From Schmidtea polychroa (taxonomy: Eukaryota): a stretch of 64,000 bases of DNA. This document shows, in pieces, positions 46,549 through 58,990 of this stretch. Within the stretch, counting starts at the first letter, position 1. Each line of letters starts with the position of its first letter. The position numbers and the translations under genes were made by a program. The notes below the pieces were generated by a model that worked only from the letters and a program-made list of their open reading frames with translations, was not told the origin of the DNA and ran no database searches. The stretch lies in contig CM097885.1 in the NCBI GenBank assembly GCA_044892525.1, positions 238,454,001 to 238,518,000 on the forward strand, written 5' to 3'.

Positions 46549-48344
46549 CTAAATTGTTTTTTGCTTTTTTCCCGTGGCTTTTTCACTTGGATTCCTGAAA
46601 ACGTACAGTGATATAGTATATAGAATATATTCTTAATAAGAATATAATACAAGTAATAATAGAATACAGTACCTACCTTAAAATAATATAAACATTACAA
46701 GCTTTGTGATACCCAGGAGACGCGAAGATTTCTCTTTGCACCAGGTAAGTATGCAATGTTGCTGATTCAACTCTATTACATACATTCCCTGGTACACTGG
46801 AAATCACATCACTTGCAAATTAGCTAAATCACAGAAAAAATATCTGCAAACTTGTAAACATGGCGTATGAAAAATCATATTCGCCTCTGGAGACACCGTC
46901 TATACACAGAAACTGTTTACAAGTGCATCCGTAAACCTTTAGCATTTTAACTTGTAATGGTGTAAAATATTTTTTTACGGATGTCTAACATTAACATAAT
47001 ATAAACATTACAAGCTTTGTGATTTACCTAATTTGTAAGTGATGTAATTTCAAGTGTAACAGGGAAAGTATGCAATAGAGTTGAATCAGCAATATTGTAT
47101 ACTTACCTGACGCAAAGAGAAATCTTCGCATCTCTTGCATAGTACTGATGAGAGCCAAAAACTCGAAACTAGTCTACTATTGGGATTTGCACTGGCTATC
47201 ACAAAGCTTGTAATATATTACGAATAGTCACTACAGAACTAAGGATAAATAGGGACACAGGCTCAGATTAGGTTTAAAATTCTACTGCATTTAGACTGGA
47301 TTGTTCGGAAATATGCCGAATCCGCGAATAATCATTTCGCAAAAAATATTTTAAGTAAATAAAAGCTGGTCCTGTAAGGTAAGAATACTCATTTACTCAC
47401 ATATCACTTATCTGCATACTGTAAAAATATTTTTTTATTCTAAATATTTAACCATACGATATGTTTTTAAACTGTAAATTAAGATTTAAATGACAGATCT
47501 TATCTCAATTGAAAATATTTTTTGAAATCTTTTAAATATAGAAAATATGCAAACCGCAAATTCTAATTTACTATTTTCAGTTTGCTCAGTGTATTTAAAT
47601 CAAATATTTCTTTATTATTATAAATAATATCCCTTTACCTTTAATTATATTAACCCTACAATGCATGACTTTTTATATTTGATAGGAAAGTACTTTGTAC
47701 ACTTTCACTTAAACTGTAAGACGTTTTAAAAATTGATTTGGTAATACAAAACTATTGAGAATTACATTACGGTTTTTTTGTATTATATTGCAAATATAGC
47801 CAATACAATGTAATATGAGAGAACATTTACCGAGAACAAGAGTGAGATAATTGTGTATCACCAGTGATACAATATGCAGTATAGGGTTAAATGATAAAAT
47901 AATCTTAAATTTAGTGATTATTGATTGAATATTTCAATAAAAAGTAATTACTAAATTTATAAATTAATAAATTTATAGATTTCTTAAATAAAAATAATAA
48001 AATTTAAGATAGATTCTAAATTATTATTATTACTTATTATTACGCAATAATCAAAAGAAAAGTTGTAATTCTAAAGTCATTAAATTTTAGACTTTAGAAT
48101 TACAAATTTTCTTTTGGTTATTGTGTAATAATAAGTAATATCAAAATTGCAATTTTCGTTAATAATATATGAAAACTCATCGTATGATAATGGTGGTATA
48201 CAAACTTTGAAAAAATGACCACACTATAGCTCGGAGTCTTGAAGGAACTTTTATTTCAGAGATTTTGGACTTTTATGAAGCTTTTTGTGAGGATACTACC
48301 TGTATAAATAAAGTTGTAACCTCTCTCGGGTTTTATATCGGGTT

Positions 48345-48380
<36 letters not shown>

Positions 48381-51300
48381 TGTTTCTTTTACTTGACCAA
48401 CAAACATTCAGTAAGGAGTAAAAATATACTTTTGTAAGTTTCCTTTTAGAGAAGAATAAGAACCCATTGTGTAATATGTGATAGAAACTACCGGAAACTA
48501 GTAGTTATTTCTTTCGCTCTTTTATTAATTTCTGAATCGAATCAAAAATTGTTTTGCAAATTGGAAAGATTATAATATATATGTAGCTCTTAGGAACTAA
48601 GAGTAATTAATAATTAATTATTTCCCCTCTAACTGTAATTTTGCAAAAAGAAAATAATTTTTTCTTATTGGTTTATTATTTAAATTTTTAAGATTGTTAT
48701 ATGCTTCTGAATATTATAAATTAAAATAATGAAATTGGATGCAAGTCTCTGTATATGTTAGTTATTTTTGAATTCTTAATTATTTTTTATTAAAATGATA
48801 TATTATATGCTTATCAAAAGCTTCTTAATTTTATATTGTATGGTTCATATTACAAAAAAATACAGTAAAATTTAATTAATATTGTTTTTGTGCTGTAATA
48901 ATGTTAACAACAAGCACATTTCATAATAAATGCTCAAGTCTGGAATAATAACCACTTTAATATATTACAACAAATAGTTTTTATTTTGTTCAATTTACAA
49001 ACTACCTGTGACAAACACTTTTGAAAAAAAAGTATTTATATTCGAAATCAAATGAGTTCTTTCTTTATGGTGGATGATAATATTGGTGGGTTGTAGGTAA
49101 ACCATTTTATATAAACCCTTTCGTGTCGTTTCCGACGCAAACCCAAGATGCAATGGTTTACTTTTGCATCCGACATTTGTTGAGAGATCAATGTTGGTAC
49201 TGTGTCGTATGGGTGAATACTCGCAAAAAGTGAGCGTACTCCGGTACACTAGTCGTCGAACATTTGGATAGGTTCGCAAACTACCGATCGAAGGCTTATG
49301 TTCGACTTTAATCAGGTTCCCTTATCCTATACTCTACTAATTCGAAACCGTTAATTTAAGGCAAATGAAGGCAAAATCTTTCAATTTTTTCAGGCAAATA
49401 ATAAATCACAATGTGAAATAAGCAACTTTCAAAAGCACGCCGGCCATTTGATTAGTTAATGGGTGCATAATTCTACTTATCTACGGTATCGAGACTGCGG
49501 TTTGAGTGGTCATTTATCCGGAAATTCTTGCGCGCTCCCGTGTGGTCTGGTGTGTTCGTTCTTTCCTGGCCTTTTGAACCTCTTTGGGCGGTGGTAGGGA
49601 GTAAATGGGACGTTGGAGTGGCATGAGACTCCATAGCCCGTAACTGAGATGGTGTCTTACTCAGCATTCGTTCCACCAGATACCAGTCGATGAGTGTCTG
49701 ATTATCCTGAGACCCTCGTTCGGTCCTGCGTCGTTTGTCTTCCTCGCCGCGTATGGCTTTCCTTAGGAGATGACTACACTCCCTCCTCCGCAGCCCCCAG
49801 TGGCTATCCATCAGAGTTTTCAAATTTCGGAATAAATCAATCCGCCAATCCTCCACAGTTCGTTTTAAGAGATCTCCATCCACGCTGTGTAAGGCACCTG
49901 TGTGGGTATCCAACTCGACTTGACATAGACAACGAACCGTCATTGATACTTCCTGGACTGCCAAACTTCCGTGGTGTAACGTTGGCTCCTGATTCACAAT
50001 CTGTGCATAGGTTGTTGTAATGGCGTTGAGAAACCCAGAGGGTTGCACCTTCGGATTTCCACTTCTTGTAGTGGTTCCGGACTTCGTGATTCGTATTTGA
50101 CTCGATATTGATCGTGCGAACGCTCTCTGATCCGATGAGGTCCTTCCTGAAATATCGGCAATAATTTGTAAAACATCTTGGCCTCCACACTCATTCACCA
50201 TTCGACATACAGTCGCCCATACTACATCCATTCACCACACCTCACTTGTCTCAATTCCTTTCAATCATAGTCTGACGGGAAGAATTCCCTATTTCATCAT
50301 TCGTTGTCCTAAATAAACCATCTACTCATACATGATTACTTTTATCTGCATTTATTTACGGATACATTCATAGCATTTTATCCGAGGGAGGTGACTCGTT
50401 TATTTAACTCGAATTTGCATTCCGATTTTTATAGCAACCTCTGTTCCGGTTTGGGACTGTATTTCGAGGGTTATAATTTGATCTCGTGAACGCAATAAGA
50501 AATTAAGAAGAATCGCGCGATTCCATATGAAAATATAATCGTAAAATATTGTTCATAAGGGATTTAGTTCAAATAACTCATGTCATAAAAGTTTGCCATT
50601 TAATGGAAATTAAGAAAAATTTTGATTAAAGTGAATTGTGTGTTAAAATAAAAATTTCTTTGTTGAAGATAACACCTGTCCTTTCAACTCGTCATGGAAT
50701 TTAATATTTCAGTTTTTTGCCTTTTGTTAACAATTAATCAGGTCCATTATCTCAACGGCAAGAACTAGTCTTAGATATCAAGGGATTTAAATCATTTACA
50801 AAACCCTTAGTTCGTTTGGCAGAAGGAAGTAACGTGATCACCATTGTGAATTCATTTCAGTCTTAATTGGCAATCTCTCGTCGAAACCATCCAGGAAGAT
50901 TAAGCGTAGTCGGATGTCAGTTATCGTAAGCGGTAACTCTAACGAGAATCGAGATGAACTAGGATCTCAACATTTTACCTCAAAAACTTGTGTCACATCT
51001 TAGCACATTTAGTGTATCTGAACACTACTTATGGAGACTAATTTCTCGGTTTCAGAAATGGAAGACTGACAATGTAAAGGTGTACATACGAATAATTAAC
51101 ATGGGGTGATAGAATGTAATATAGTGATTTCTGGTTTTTGGTTAATAGTAAAGTTTGTCTGCTCCTCCACTATTTCGCAATATTTATCCCTCTAAGAGTA
51201 GTAATTCAATTTCGCCCGCACTTTCCCTTGTGCTCAAAATTTTTGAACGACATGTCAAGGGACCATTAATTATAAAATGTTTAATATTTCTACTTACGTC

Positions 51301-54300
51301 GGTCTTGCGCATTATTGCTCGTGCAGTCGGAGTTCTGATGATTGGTAGAATTATACATAGTTGTTGATGATAACTACAGTCTCTCCCCGTGTAACCTTAT
51401 TTCGTAGGTGTCTATTTGCGCGTATTCCAACCCACAAATCTAATGTGTTGCATGCTTATTAGTCTGACATATCGACGCTTGTTATTTCTAGAATCGGGGA
51501 ATCGATCGTCTAAGTGCAATTAACGTAGATTGGGTTGCCTACCAGCTAACGAGTATAATAGTATCTATATGTCGGAAACGGAACAACTAAGTTTGAGTCA
51601 ATTTGATATTAATTACTCGCCTCACATAGCCAACTGGACATTAGTGCAACGAGTCCTTTGTGTCCTATAGTAAATGAGAGTTGTAGTTTGGTTGTGAAGA
51701 TTAATTATGTCTAAATGCACTAAGTCAATTACAATTAAAGAAAAAAGAAAAGTTGCTCGCCCCACACGGCCCACTAGACTCTAGTGTGACGAGCTCTTGG
51801 TGTTGTATGATAAGACATTAGAACTACGAACAAAATAAAAGTCTTGACGCACCTTCCGATCTTCCTATTTAATTTTAATCTTGCCCGATTGTCGCGATCA
51901 TGACACGAGCACGCAGATGCATACCAAATAGAGACACTGGGGCGTTGGAGAATTTCACCCTCACTTGTCACACAGGCCATAAGGAAATTACCGATAAATG
52001 GTGTAGTAGGTACTACTCATACATCATACGTCAATACGATCTATAGTTCATTATCTTGTAATTTATAGTGGCTGTGGCCGAAAAACGTCTAGTAATTTTA
52101 TCGTATGAAAGTTCTTTGAGAACAACAAAAGAAAACAAGAATTCCGTTCAAAACTTTAATCGTATAAAAAATAATTCATAATACACAAATATGGGACTAG
52201 AACAAATTCGTGCTTCTACACGATTGGCAAAGTTCAGAAAAATTTGGTCTACCCAAAATTTCAGTATTAATTGAGATTGAAATGCGTCAGTATTTATAGT
52301 CCGACTCGGTATGTGAGTATGTGTTCATGCACTGATTCAGTAAAACAAATTTGATTTTTAATTTTTAGCAATTTTAATGGCGATTTTTATAATTTATGGT
52401 TTATTTTATTTTCTGGTTTTATATTTAATTTAATTTTAATTAATTTTGCTGCCATAATGGATATGGCAATTTCTATGCTATTTTTAACAGTTTTACTATT
52501 TGATTCCTATTTCTTTTAATTTTTAAGTTATTTTTCTAATTTTTAATGATCTAACTTTCTAAGTTTAATTTTTGAATTTAGCTGTTGTTGATTTCCTCGC
52601 CATAATTTATTTTTTAATAATATTTTGTGGAAATCTTTTCTATTTCTACTTTTTTTATCACCATTAGCTCGCATCTATCTATCTATTTATCTATGCTATG
52701 TTTGAGTTTGTTTCATCCACTACTTATTGTTCTTGTTTTATTTTATTTTGGTGTTGTGTAAGTTCTTTTGATGGTGTTTACTTGAGCTTTTGCGTGTTTT
52801 TATTTTAATTTTATTTTGTGCTATGTCTGCGTGCTTTTTTCCGACGCATTCCGATCATGTTACTGCTACTTGGGCCTAAATTCAGTTTTGCCTCAACAAT
52901 ATTTTCATAAATATAAATTTCTTTTACTTATGATGTGAAATATTGTTTTAAATTTCTATTATGTTAACTTTTTGTTAATTGAGCTCTTTGTACTGTATAT
53001 CTAAATGTCATTTCTTTTTTCTATAATGGTTTGATCCAGGTTTTCCCAATTGTATGAGATTTTTTTGCACTTTGCTCTTTCAATCGCTACAGCATAAGAA
53101 CCTCTAGTAATCCTTTGGTTAATTTCCTACAATGTCTTTGATGAATTCAGTTTCACGTTTTTGAGAAAAATTTCCACTTTTTTGCCATTCTGCGTTCAAA
53201 CAATTCACTATGGTCTTCTCCAATCTGAATGATGCATGTAAATTCATATTAACGATATGAATCGTGATTTTATTAAACTCATAATCAGCTCCAAATTGTG
53301 AAAATTTAGTTACAAATAACAAACAAATGGATTAAAAAATTTAGCTTCACTTGAAAAAGACTGTCTAAAATTCGTTTTAAATATAGAACATTGATCTGAA
53401 GTCGAAACTCTTCTTTCAGTTATTGATAAGTGTTTTGACAATATATGCAGTTATTTATTATATATTTAGCTTTACATATATCTTAATTATATATAGTTAC
53501 CTTTTCACTTCTTGTAAGGTACTATATTTTTTTGATTTCGCAATAGTACCATTATTTGGAGATGTAGAATATATGTTTAAAGCATTGACGGAAAATATGT
53601 GACACTAGTACAAAACTTGGCGCACAGCCGTTTTTATCTGCATCTTAAAACATTATATGTATCTATATTTTTATGACTGATTTTGCAGTATATACTTTAA
53701 TAACGATAACTTAATAACAACGATGCATGTGAAGATTAAGGGATAGTAGCTGTAGTGGTGGAGATGTGCTAGGGAAAGTTCCATAGAAGTGTTAGCAACA
53801 AAGGATGTTATAAGTTTTCTACCATTTTGTACAACTGGTTATGGTTTTAATAAAATTGTGGTTTGTGCTTGGAGGTAATCTTGTGTCGAATATCGTTTAT
53901 TAAACGACATTTTGAAAAAAATCACAAAGATATTGCAGAAAGAAAAGAACTAATTTCTCAGCGCTTAAAGGTAACTGAAAAACAATCACACACTGTCAAA
54001 ATTTGTGAGAACCGCTAACAATGGGACAGAAGTCAGTTTTGAAATTTGTTAGTTCGTGACCAGACATTTAAAACCATTTCTGGTGGAAAGATTTCAAAAA
54101 GCTGTTTTTGTAAAAATTCAAGTATTACAGAGTAGAAATACTGTTAAAGAAGGAATTTTTAAAATAAACGTTAATATATCCGATCAGTTTCAAACCAATA
54201 TAAATAGTTGCGATTTTTACTCAATTTGTTTGGACGAAAATACTGACATTAAGTCATCTGTATGATCAGCAATTTTCGCACGATAGTCAAAACGGAATGA

Positions 54301-57300
54301 AATGCACGAAAAACTTAAAATTAGGAAATATACTGAAAAGAACCAGAGGTTCGATGTACAAAAAATTTTATAGTTACCCGTGAAATGCATAAGAGGTAAT
54401 TCAAAAATCTTTTAAACAATGTCAATTACAAATATGATTCCATTGGTGTGTAGGAGCGTTCATTGGCTGAATGGGTCACATCATTAGAACGATTTGTAAA
54501 TTTCTTGGACAAAATATGCCTATTTTTAATTGAATATAATGGTTAACAAAATTAATGTTTTTCACAGATTTAGCATTGCATTTAAACATTTTTAAAATGG
54601 TGAAAAAATTGCAGGATTTCGACAATGGTCTCTATAATTGAATAAAATTAGCAAATTTGGAAATGCAGATTGTTGATTTGCAATCTAATCCAATTTGAGT
54701 AAACAAATTTGTGAATATACGGAAATATCGAAGAGTTGGAACTTTATCGATTGTCACAAGAATGAAAAATCAGAATGCCGAATAAAGACATGCAATATTA
54801 GAAGAATGGAATACCATGCCAATACCATACATCTTATTCTGTCAAAAAATTACCAATTTCGTTGTTGGCGACTTACTCTCGCGAAAGTCTTTTTTATTAA
54901 ATCATTCAAATTAATACATTCAAAGACTAGAAACAGGTTAACAGAGGGAAATTGGTGAACATATCCATTCAACAACATACCAGCTTGACATAAAAAATCT
55001 TGCAAGTAATAAGAAACAAAGGGTTTCTAACAAAAAAAAAATTTAGTAATTTGTTTCATTAACCTTCATATTTTTATTTTGTACCATTTCTTTGTATTAA
55101 ATAAATATTATTACAATATATCTAAGATATAAAATGTTACAAGATTTGGTCATCTTAACTTAATTATCTCCTCAGTCTGACTTTATTTATAATAAACAAT
55201 TTATTATATTTCTATTTTTAGTAAATATTTAATACCAAATCCTGTTTTTCCAATCTTGCACTGGTCTCTGCCTTTACCGAGGATCTTCTTTATCCAAATC
55301 GTCTGGTTCTCTTTTCTGTTTTCCAAAATCGTCTTCAGTCTTCGGCTACTCTTTAATTTTTAAAGTTCCCATTGTTGGCGCGTTGTTCGAAATTTTCCTA
55401 TACTTAAGCAAACTAACCCATATATGGACAGCAAGATCGATGGCTCTAATGTTAAGTTGATGGTAAAGATCGGATTTTCACAACGCGCCAAATAACTGTT
55501 GCGTGAAGATGGTTCACGTTGGAACTGTGCAATGTTGGCGGAAAACATGAGGCAGGTGAGCGCCTGCGTTAGCACTACTCTCTCATGTACTTCCTATTCG
55601 GGTTCTGGATGGCCGGTAGGAGGACTTACGTTTACCATACATCAATTTCAGTAACCTCAGTCATTTTTATGTCAACATACAAGGTCCTATTACTATCCTA
55701 TTTTTACCAGATGACTATTTGCTTCATACAAAACAATAAGATTCGATGACACAAGTTCTATTTACAATGGATATATCAGAAGACTGACGCAAATTGAGTT
55801 ATCAACAAACACCAAATGACAGTTCGTCAAATTTTCATAATAGTGTTCACATATATTCGGCCCAGAAAGAAGTGGCCTCAGCATCGGCGAGGAGGTCGTC
55901 TAACTCAAAATTGTTGGCCACCACCTCGTTTCATGACAGAGTGGACGATCCGCGCTGGTGGAGCCACTCCAACTTGGGTGACCGCTCTTGCGTTGGCTTC
56001 CGGTTGCCGCAAACTTTTTCTGTGGGTCCGTTCCGCACGTGACAACTGATGGCGCTTGGGCCGAATTTAAGCAACTGTGCCGATGAAGAGGATGCATTTG
56101 TAGCAAGACCAGCACCAGTGATAATCACCTCCGGCGCAGTTGGAGTTGATACAGAAGCTGTGAAGCCCGCACAAGCTTGACTCCTAGCGATGCCGGGTCC
56201 TTCCGCCGGTTGATGGGCAAAGAAGATATTCGGCGAGTCCGCAATAAAAAAACTCTTGAATTCAGCTTTTGATTGATCATTTACTTTGACTCAGGAAGCC
56301 CCTTCGAACTGTCGATTGAATCGTACTGACCCAGCTTGACTGAGATACCTAGTCCATAGAAAAAGAAAGCAGTGAACCTCCTTTGTCCTTGATCGACGTA
56401 TCGAGTAAGTTGCTGCATAAAATTCATAAAGACTAAATCGCATAAATAAAATCACACTACTTCTTAAAACCTAAATATTAAAATGTTTACGAAAGGTGAA
56501 AGAATAAATGAGTGACAAAATAAAATTTTATGTTAATTACATATATGTTACAAGCATGGTTATGATGTACAACATTAAAGAAAAATAATGATCTATCAAC
56601 ATAAATAACAAACAAAATTTACTATAGTTGTCTGAGTGAATGGGCTTAAACGGCTAGAAATAAATTGCAATAAGGTGGCTAAAAAAATTGAATAATTGAA
56701 AAATTAAGATGAAAAAAACTGTTAAAGTGATGGCTTTTATACTTTTTTGGGTTCTGAACAAGCCAATCGGATGGACCAGTATGTCATTCTACCATATTTA
56801 TTTGTAACTATTTTATTAATAAAACATTTTTAATTTGTTAATTTTATTTTTTTCTTTTAATTAATTGATTTTTATTAACTTTTTATTTTCAAGTCCTGAT
56901 TGCCTGGTTAATCGCGTTCGTCCGCCATCTTTATTTGAGGTGTTTTTCTGCATTTTGTATTTCTTTTCCGCGATTATTTTGTTTTAATGCGCTTATCGTA
57001 TGTTTCTTATGCAACTTCTTGCGGTTTTACTTTTGTATATATTTAATTTCTCTTATGTTATGTTTTTATTTGCTGTGTTATCACTTCAGCCGACCTTTTC
57101 ATCCCCTTTTTAATTATATTGATTTGAACAAAACTTATCCTCAAACAAGATTAAAACAAAAGAATAAAAGATTTTTCTAACCCAAAACAAATACCTCAAG
57201 ATTCGTTTGGAAGTTCATTTCCTTCGGGTCGTCCTCTCTGCACTACGTACTTATTTGAACACTTCCGATTTCAAACTTCGTCGTTCTACCCCATTTCGAG

Positions 57301-58073
57301 GTTTCCTCTTCTTATTGTTACTGTCATTTTTTTCAGTACACTTTATTTTATTTACGGCAATAACTTCATAACGATTTTATTTTCACTATAATTTTCACTA
57401 TTGAAAGTAAATATTAAATTTAATAAAGGATCTCAAATGGGGTCTCTATTCATTAAAAAGTTTGCAACTGTGAATTCATCATCTTAGAGATGTTTAGTAA
57501 AATATCAATTACTTTTGATTTTCGAATTATTTCAATCAGATAACCTATTAGTTATGTTTTTATATTAATACCGTTAAATAGATGTGATTCTAGTTTGTAT
57601 TAAACAGAAATAAAATTAGATTCTAAAATTTAATTTCGAAATATGTTAACTAAACTTTTTTTTAAATTTTAATGAGATAAATTTGTTTTTGAAAATTTTA
57701 TTAATATTTTACAGAGTATGGTTTTGGCTGTTTGTCATATTAATGAATGTTGTCAATATCCTGGTTGGCTACTTGTTATATATTGCATATACAAAGACAA
57801 TTTTATTCATATATACTGTAATTTTCACTGCATTATTGATTGCTCTTGGACTTGTCTTAGGATTTACTATTAATTTTTTTCTGGTAATTTAATTTGATTT
57901 TCAAAATTTCTTATGTTATTTAGTGTAAACAAGCCCTGCTCAATTTGACTTTAGTTGAATCACAGAGGTGGAAAAAATATAATTATTTACAAAATGAAGA
58001 TGGAAAGTTTTTCAATCCTTATGATCACGGGTGGATTTCTAATTTGATTTATTTTTTCAATATTAGAAATTGA
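35561..58073 (+). CDS. Ankyrin-repeat DHHC palmitoyltransferase (approx. exons 35561-35730, 35780-35937, 35979-36144, 36196-36306, 44831-45109, 45156-45251, 45303-45455, 45505-45692, 57716-57883, 57924-58073)
   Basis: Ankyrin motifs ([34 protein letters not shown]), [42 protein letters not shown] and NPYDHGW motifs. ZDHHC13/17-like architecture; exact orthology unknown. Confidence 0.92.
36769..37335. mobile_element. hAT MITE
   Basis: TIRs CAAGGGTGGGCA / TGCCCACCGTTG, 8-bp TSD ATATATGG. Confidence 0.88.
37798..38145. mobile_element. hAT MITE
   Basis: TIRs CAGTGGTTCTCAA / TTGAGAACCACTG, 8-bp TSD ATTTATAC. Confidence 0.92.
38314..41617 (-). mobile_element. hAT transposon (SPIN/GTF2IRD2-like), full length with frameshifted transposase 38508-40436
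   Basis: TIRs CAGTGATGGCGAAC, TSD GTCTAACT. BED-like [26 protein letters not shown] and [10 protein letters not shown] motifs. Confidence 0.95.
40741..41486 (+). mobile_element. pogo-like deleted transposon nested in the hAT
   Basis: TIRs [50 protein letters not shown]. Confidence 0.93.
42651..44297. mobile_element. hAT-type non-autonomous element
   Basis: TIRs CAGGGGCGGATC / GATCCGCCACTG, 8-bp TSD CAATGAAT. Confidence 0.88.
42782..43795 (+). mobile_element. Tc1/IS630-like decayed transposon nested in the hAT element
   Basis: TIRs CACCAA..TTGATTATCAT, TA TSD, DDE motifs [23 protein letters not shown]. Confidence 0.88.
46213..46597. mobile_element. MITE-like element containing (TA)n (46455-46546)
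   Basis: Imperfect inverted ends gaaaaagccacgg / ccgtggctttttc. Confidence 0.5.
46683..47218. repeat. Inverted pair of short structured elements (retrozyme/pseudo-LTR-like); only the right copy has the hammerhead
   Basis: 46717-46833 is the reverse complement of 47019-47134. The block attacaagctttgtgat occurs three times. Confidence 0.8.
47139..47180 (+). ncRNA. Minimal type I hammerhead ribozyme
   Basis: ATAGTA-CTGATGA-GAG-ccaaaaa-CTC-GAAA-CTAG-TC-TACTAT: 6-bp stem I, full core, palindromic stem III loop, predicted cleavage after GTC at 47174. Confidence 0.9.
47654..47886. mobile_element. piggyBac-type MITE
   Basis: TTAA|CCCTACAATGCAT...ATGCAGTATAGGG|TTAA. Confidence 0.8.
48028..48140. 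repeat. Near-perfect hairpin (~50-bp arms)
   Basis: tattacttattattac..ctaaagtc / gactttag..gtaataataagtaata. Confidence 0.85.
49084..52898 (-). mobile_element. Giant solo-LTR-like element copy E (3815 bp)
   Basis: Minus strand TGTTGAGG...CCCACCA with TSD ATAT on both sides. A-rich 5' block, TATA near 52295, RNA motifs ACATAAGCCTTCGATCGGTA and CACAGTACCAAC. Confidence 0.8.
49473..50231 (-). CDS. LTR-encoded uncharacterised protein (252 aa), not visibly homologous to the copy A protein
   Basis: Intact ATG ORF at the equivalent position in the element; acceptor-like ttcttcccgtcag just upstream. Confidence 0.65.
   Translation of the reverse strand: MDVVWATVCRMVNECGGQDVLQIIADISGRTSSDQRAFARSISSQIRITKSGTTTRSGNPKVQPSGFLNAITTTYAQIVNQEPTLHHGSLAVQEVSMTVRCLCQVELDTHTGALHSVDGDLLKRTVEDWRIDLFRNLKTLMDSHWGLRRRECSHLLRKAIRGEEDKRRRTERGSQDNQTLIDWYLVERMLSKTPSQLRAMESHATPTSHLLPTTAQRGSKGQERTNTPDHTGARKNFRINDHSNRSLDTVDK
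53880..55045 (+). mobile_element. Heavily decayed hAT (SPIN-like) transposase
   Basis: [22 protein letters not shown] and MFFTDL fragments colinear with the 38314-41617 element. Confidence 0.75.
55373..57190 (-). mobile_element. Giant-LTR family copy B (shortened; 5' boundary approximate)
   Basis: Ends ..GCGCCAACA at 55373. RNA motifs at 55518-55631, CCAAT/TATA at 56770/56741, decayed ORF with [35 protein letters not shown]. Confidence 0.82.
55846..56240 (-). pseudogene. Frameshifted homolog of the LTR-encoded Arg-rich protein
   Basis: Manual translation across two frameshifts recovers all family motifs. Confidence 0.78.
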
Positions 58074-58177
58074 CTTTCTTTTGACTTGTTATTATGGAAT
58101 TTGTTTAAATGTTTCAATAAATTATAATTTATATCTTAAATGAAGTTGTTGATATTACCAAATTTAACTAAATTACA

Positions 58178-58870
58178 GGATGAAGTAAAAAATAAGTTTG
58201 TTAGATATGACGGAGACATACGGTTTTAATAATTTTTATAAATAATTTTTATTTGTATACAGAATTGAATGCTATTCTTGTAAAATGACTCAAAAGGAAA
58301 AAAGGCATTATAAAAGCTTGTGTAATACTTTTGGTCGTGATGCCAATTTTCCTCTTAGCCATCCGCAGTGTGATATTTACAAACAAAGGTTATCGTCTAA
58401 ACCTATTGAAATTCAGCTATTATCAGTTAAGCCAGTTATTAATGCTAAAATATATACTTTTTTGACAAGTGCACTATCTCTATGTTATCGAGAAGCATAT
58501 GACTACAGTAAATGTGAAAGTACAGACTTTTGTTATGAAAGAAGTCCCGAGGCAATAGCATTTATTCTATAATTTTTAATATTACTATTTAGGAAGTTAT
58601 TAAAACTTCAGATAAAATAATTGAAACATATGTTGAATTATACTACGAAATCAGAAATGAAATGTGGGGTGAAATTGATAAAATTATAAATCTCAAATTA
58701 TGCCAAATTTACAGGTTATTTTGATTAATTACTTTTAATAATTCATTTTAGTTACAAATCAAATAAAATCGATGATCCACATGAAATCAATAACGACAAT
58801 GGAATTAATTTTTTATTTTACAATGATAATTTGAAACGTTTGTTGGTATTCACTATAAAATTTTACGTAA
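58178..58870 (+). CDS. Uncharacterised multi-exon protein-coding gene
   Basis: Coding-like segments (58263-~58550, ~58593-58714, 58752 onward) separated by short GT-AG AT-rich introns. No recognisable domain; boundaries approximate. Confidence 0.5.
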
Positions 58871-58990
58871 CCTTATACTTTATTGTAAATTTAATTTAAA
58901 TCTATTAGAATTTCAAAATTCAAACAGAAGAAGCAGAATATTTATTATAAATACATATTTGTTAAATTTACATTGTTATAGTCTTGTTAT

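Noticed and set aside
46428..46652. YIYI-repeat ORF
   Set aside because: (TA)n microsatellite artefact.
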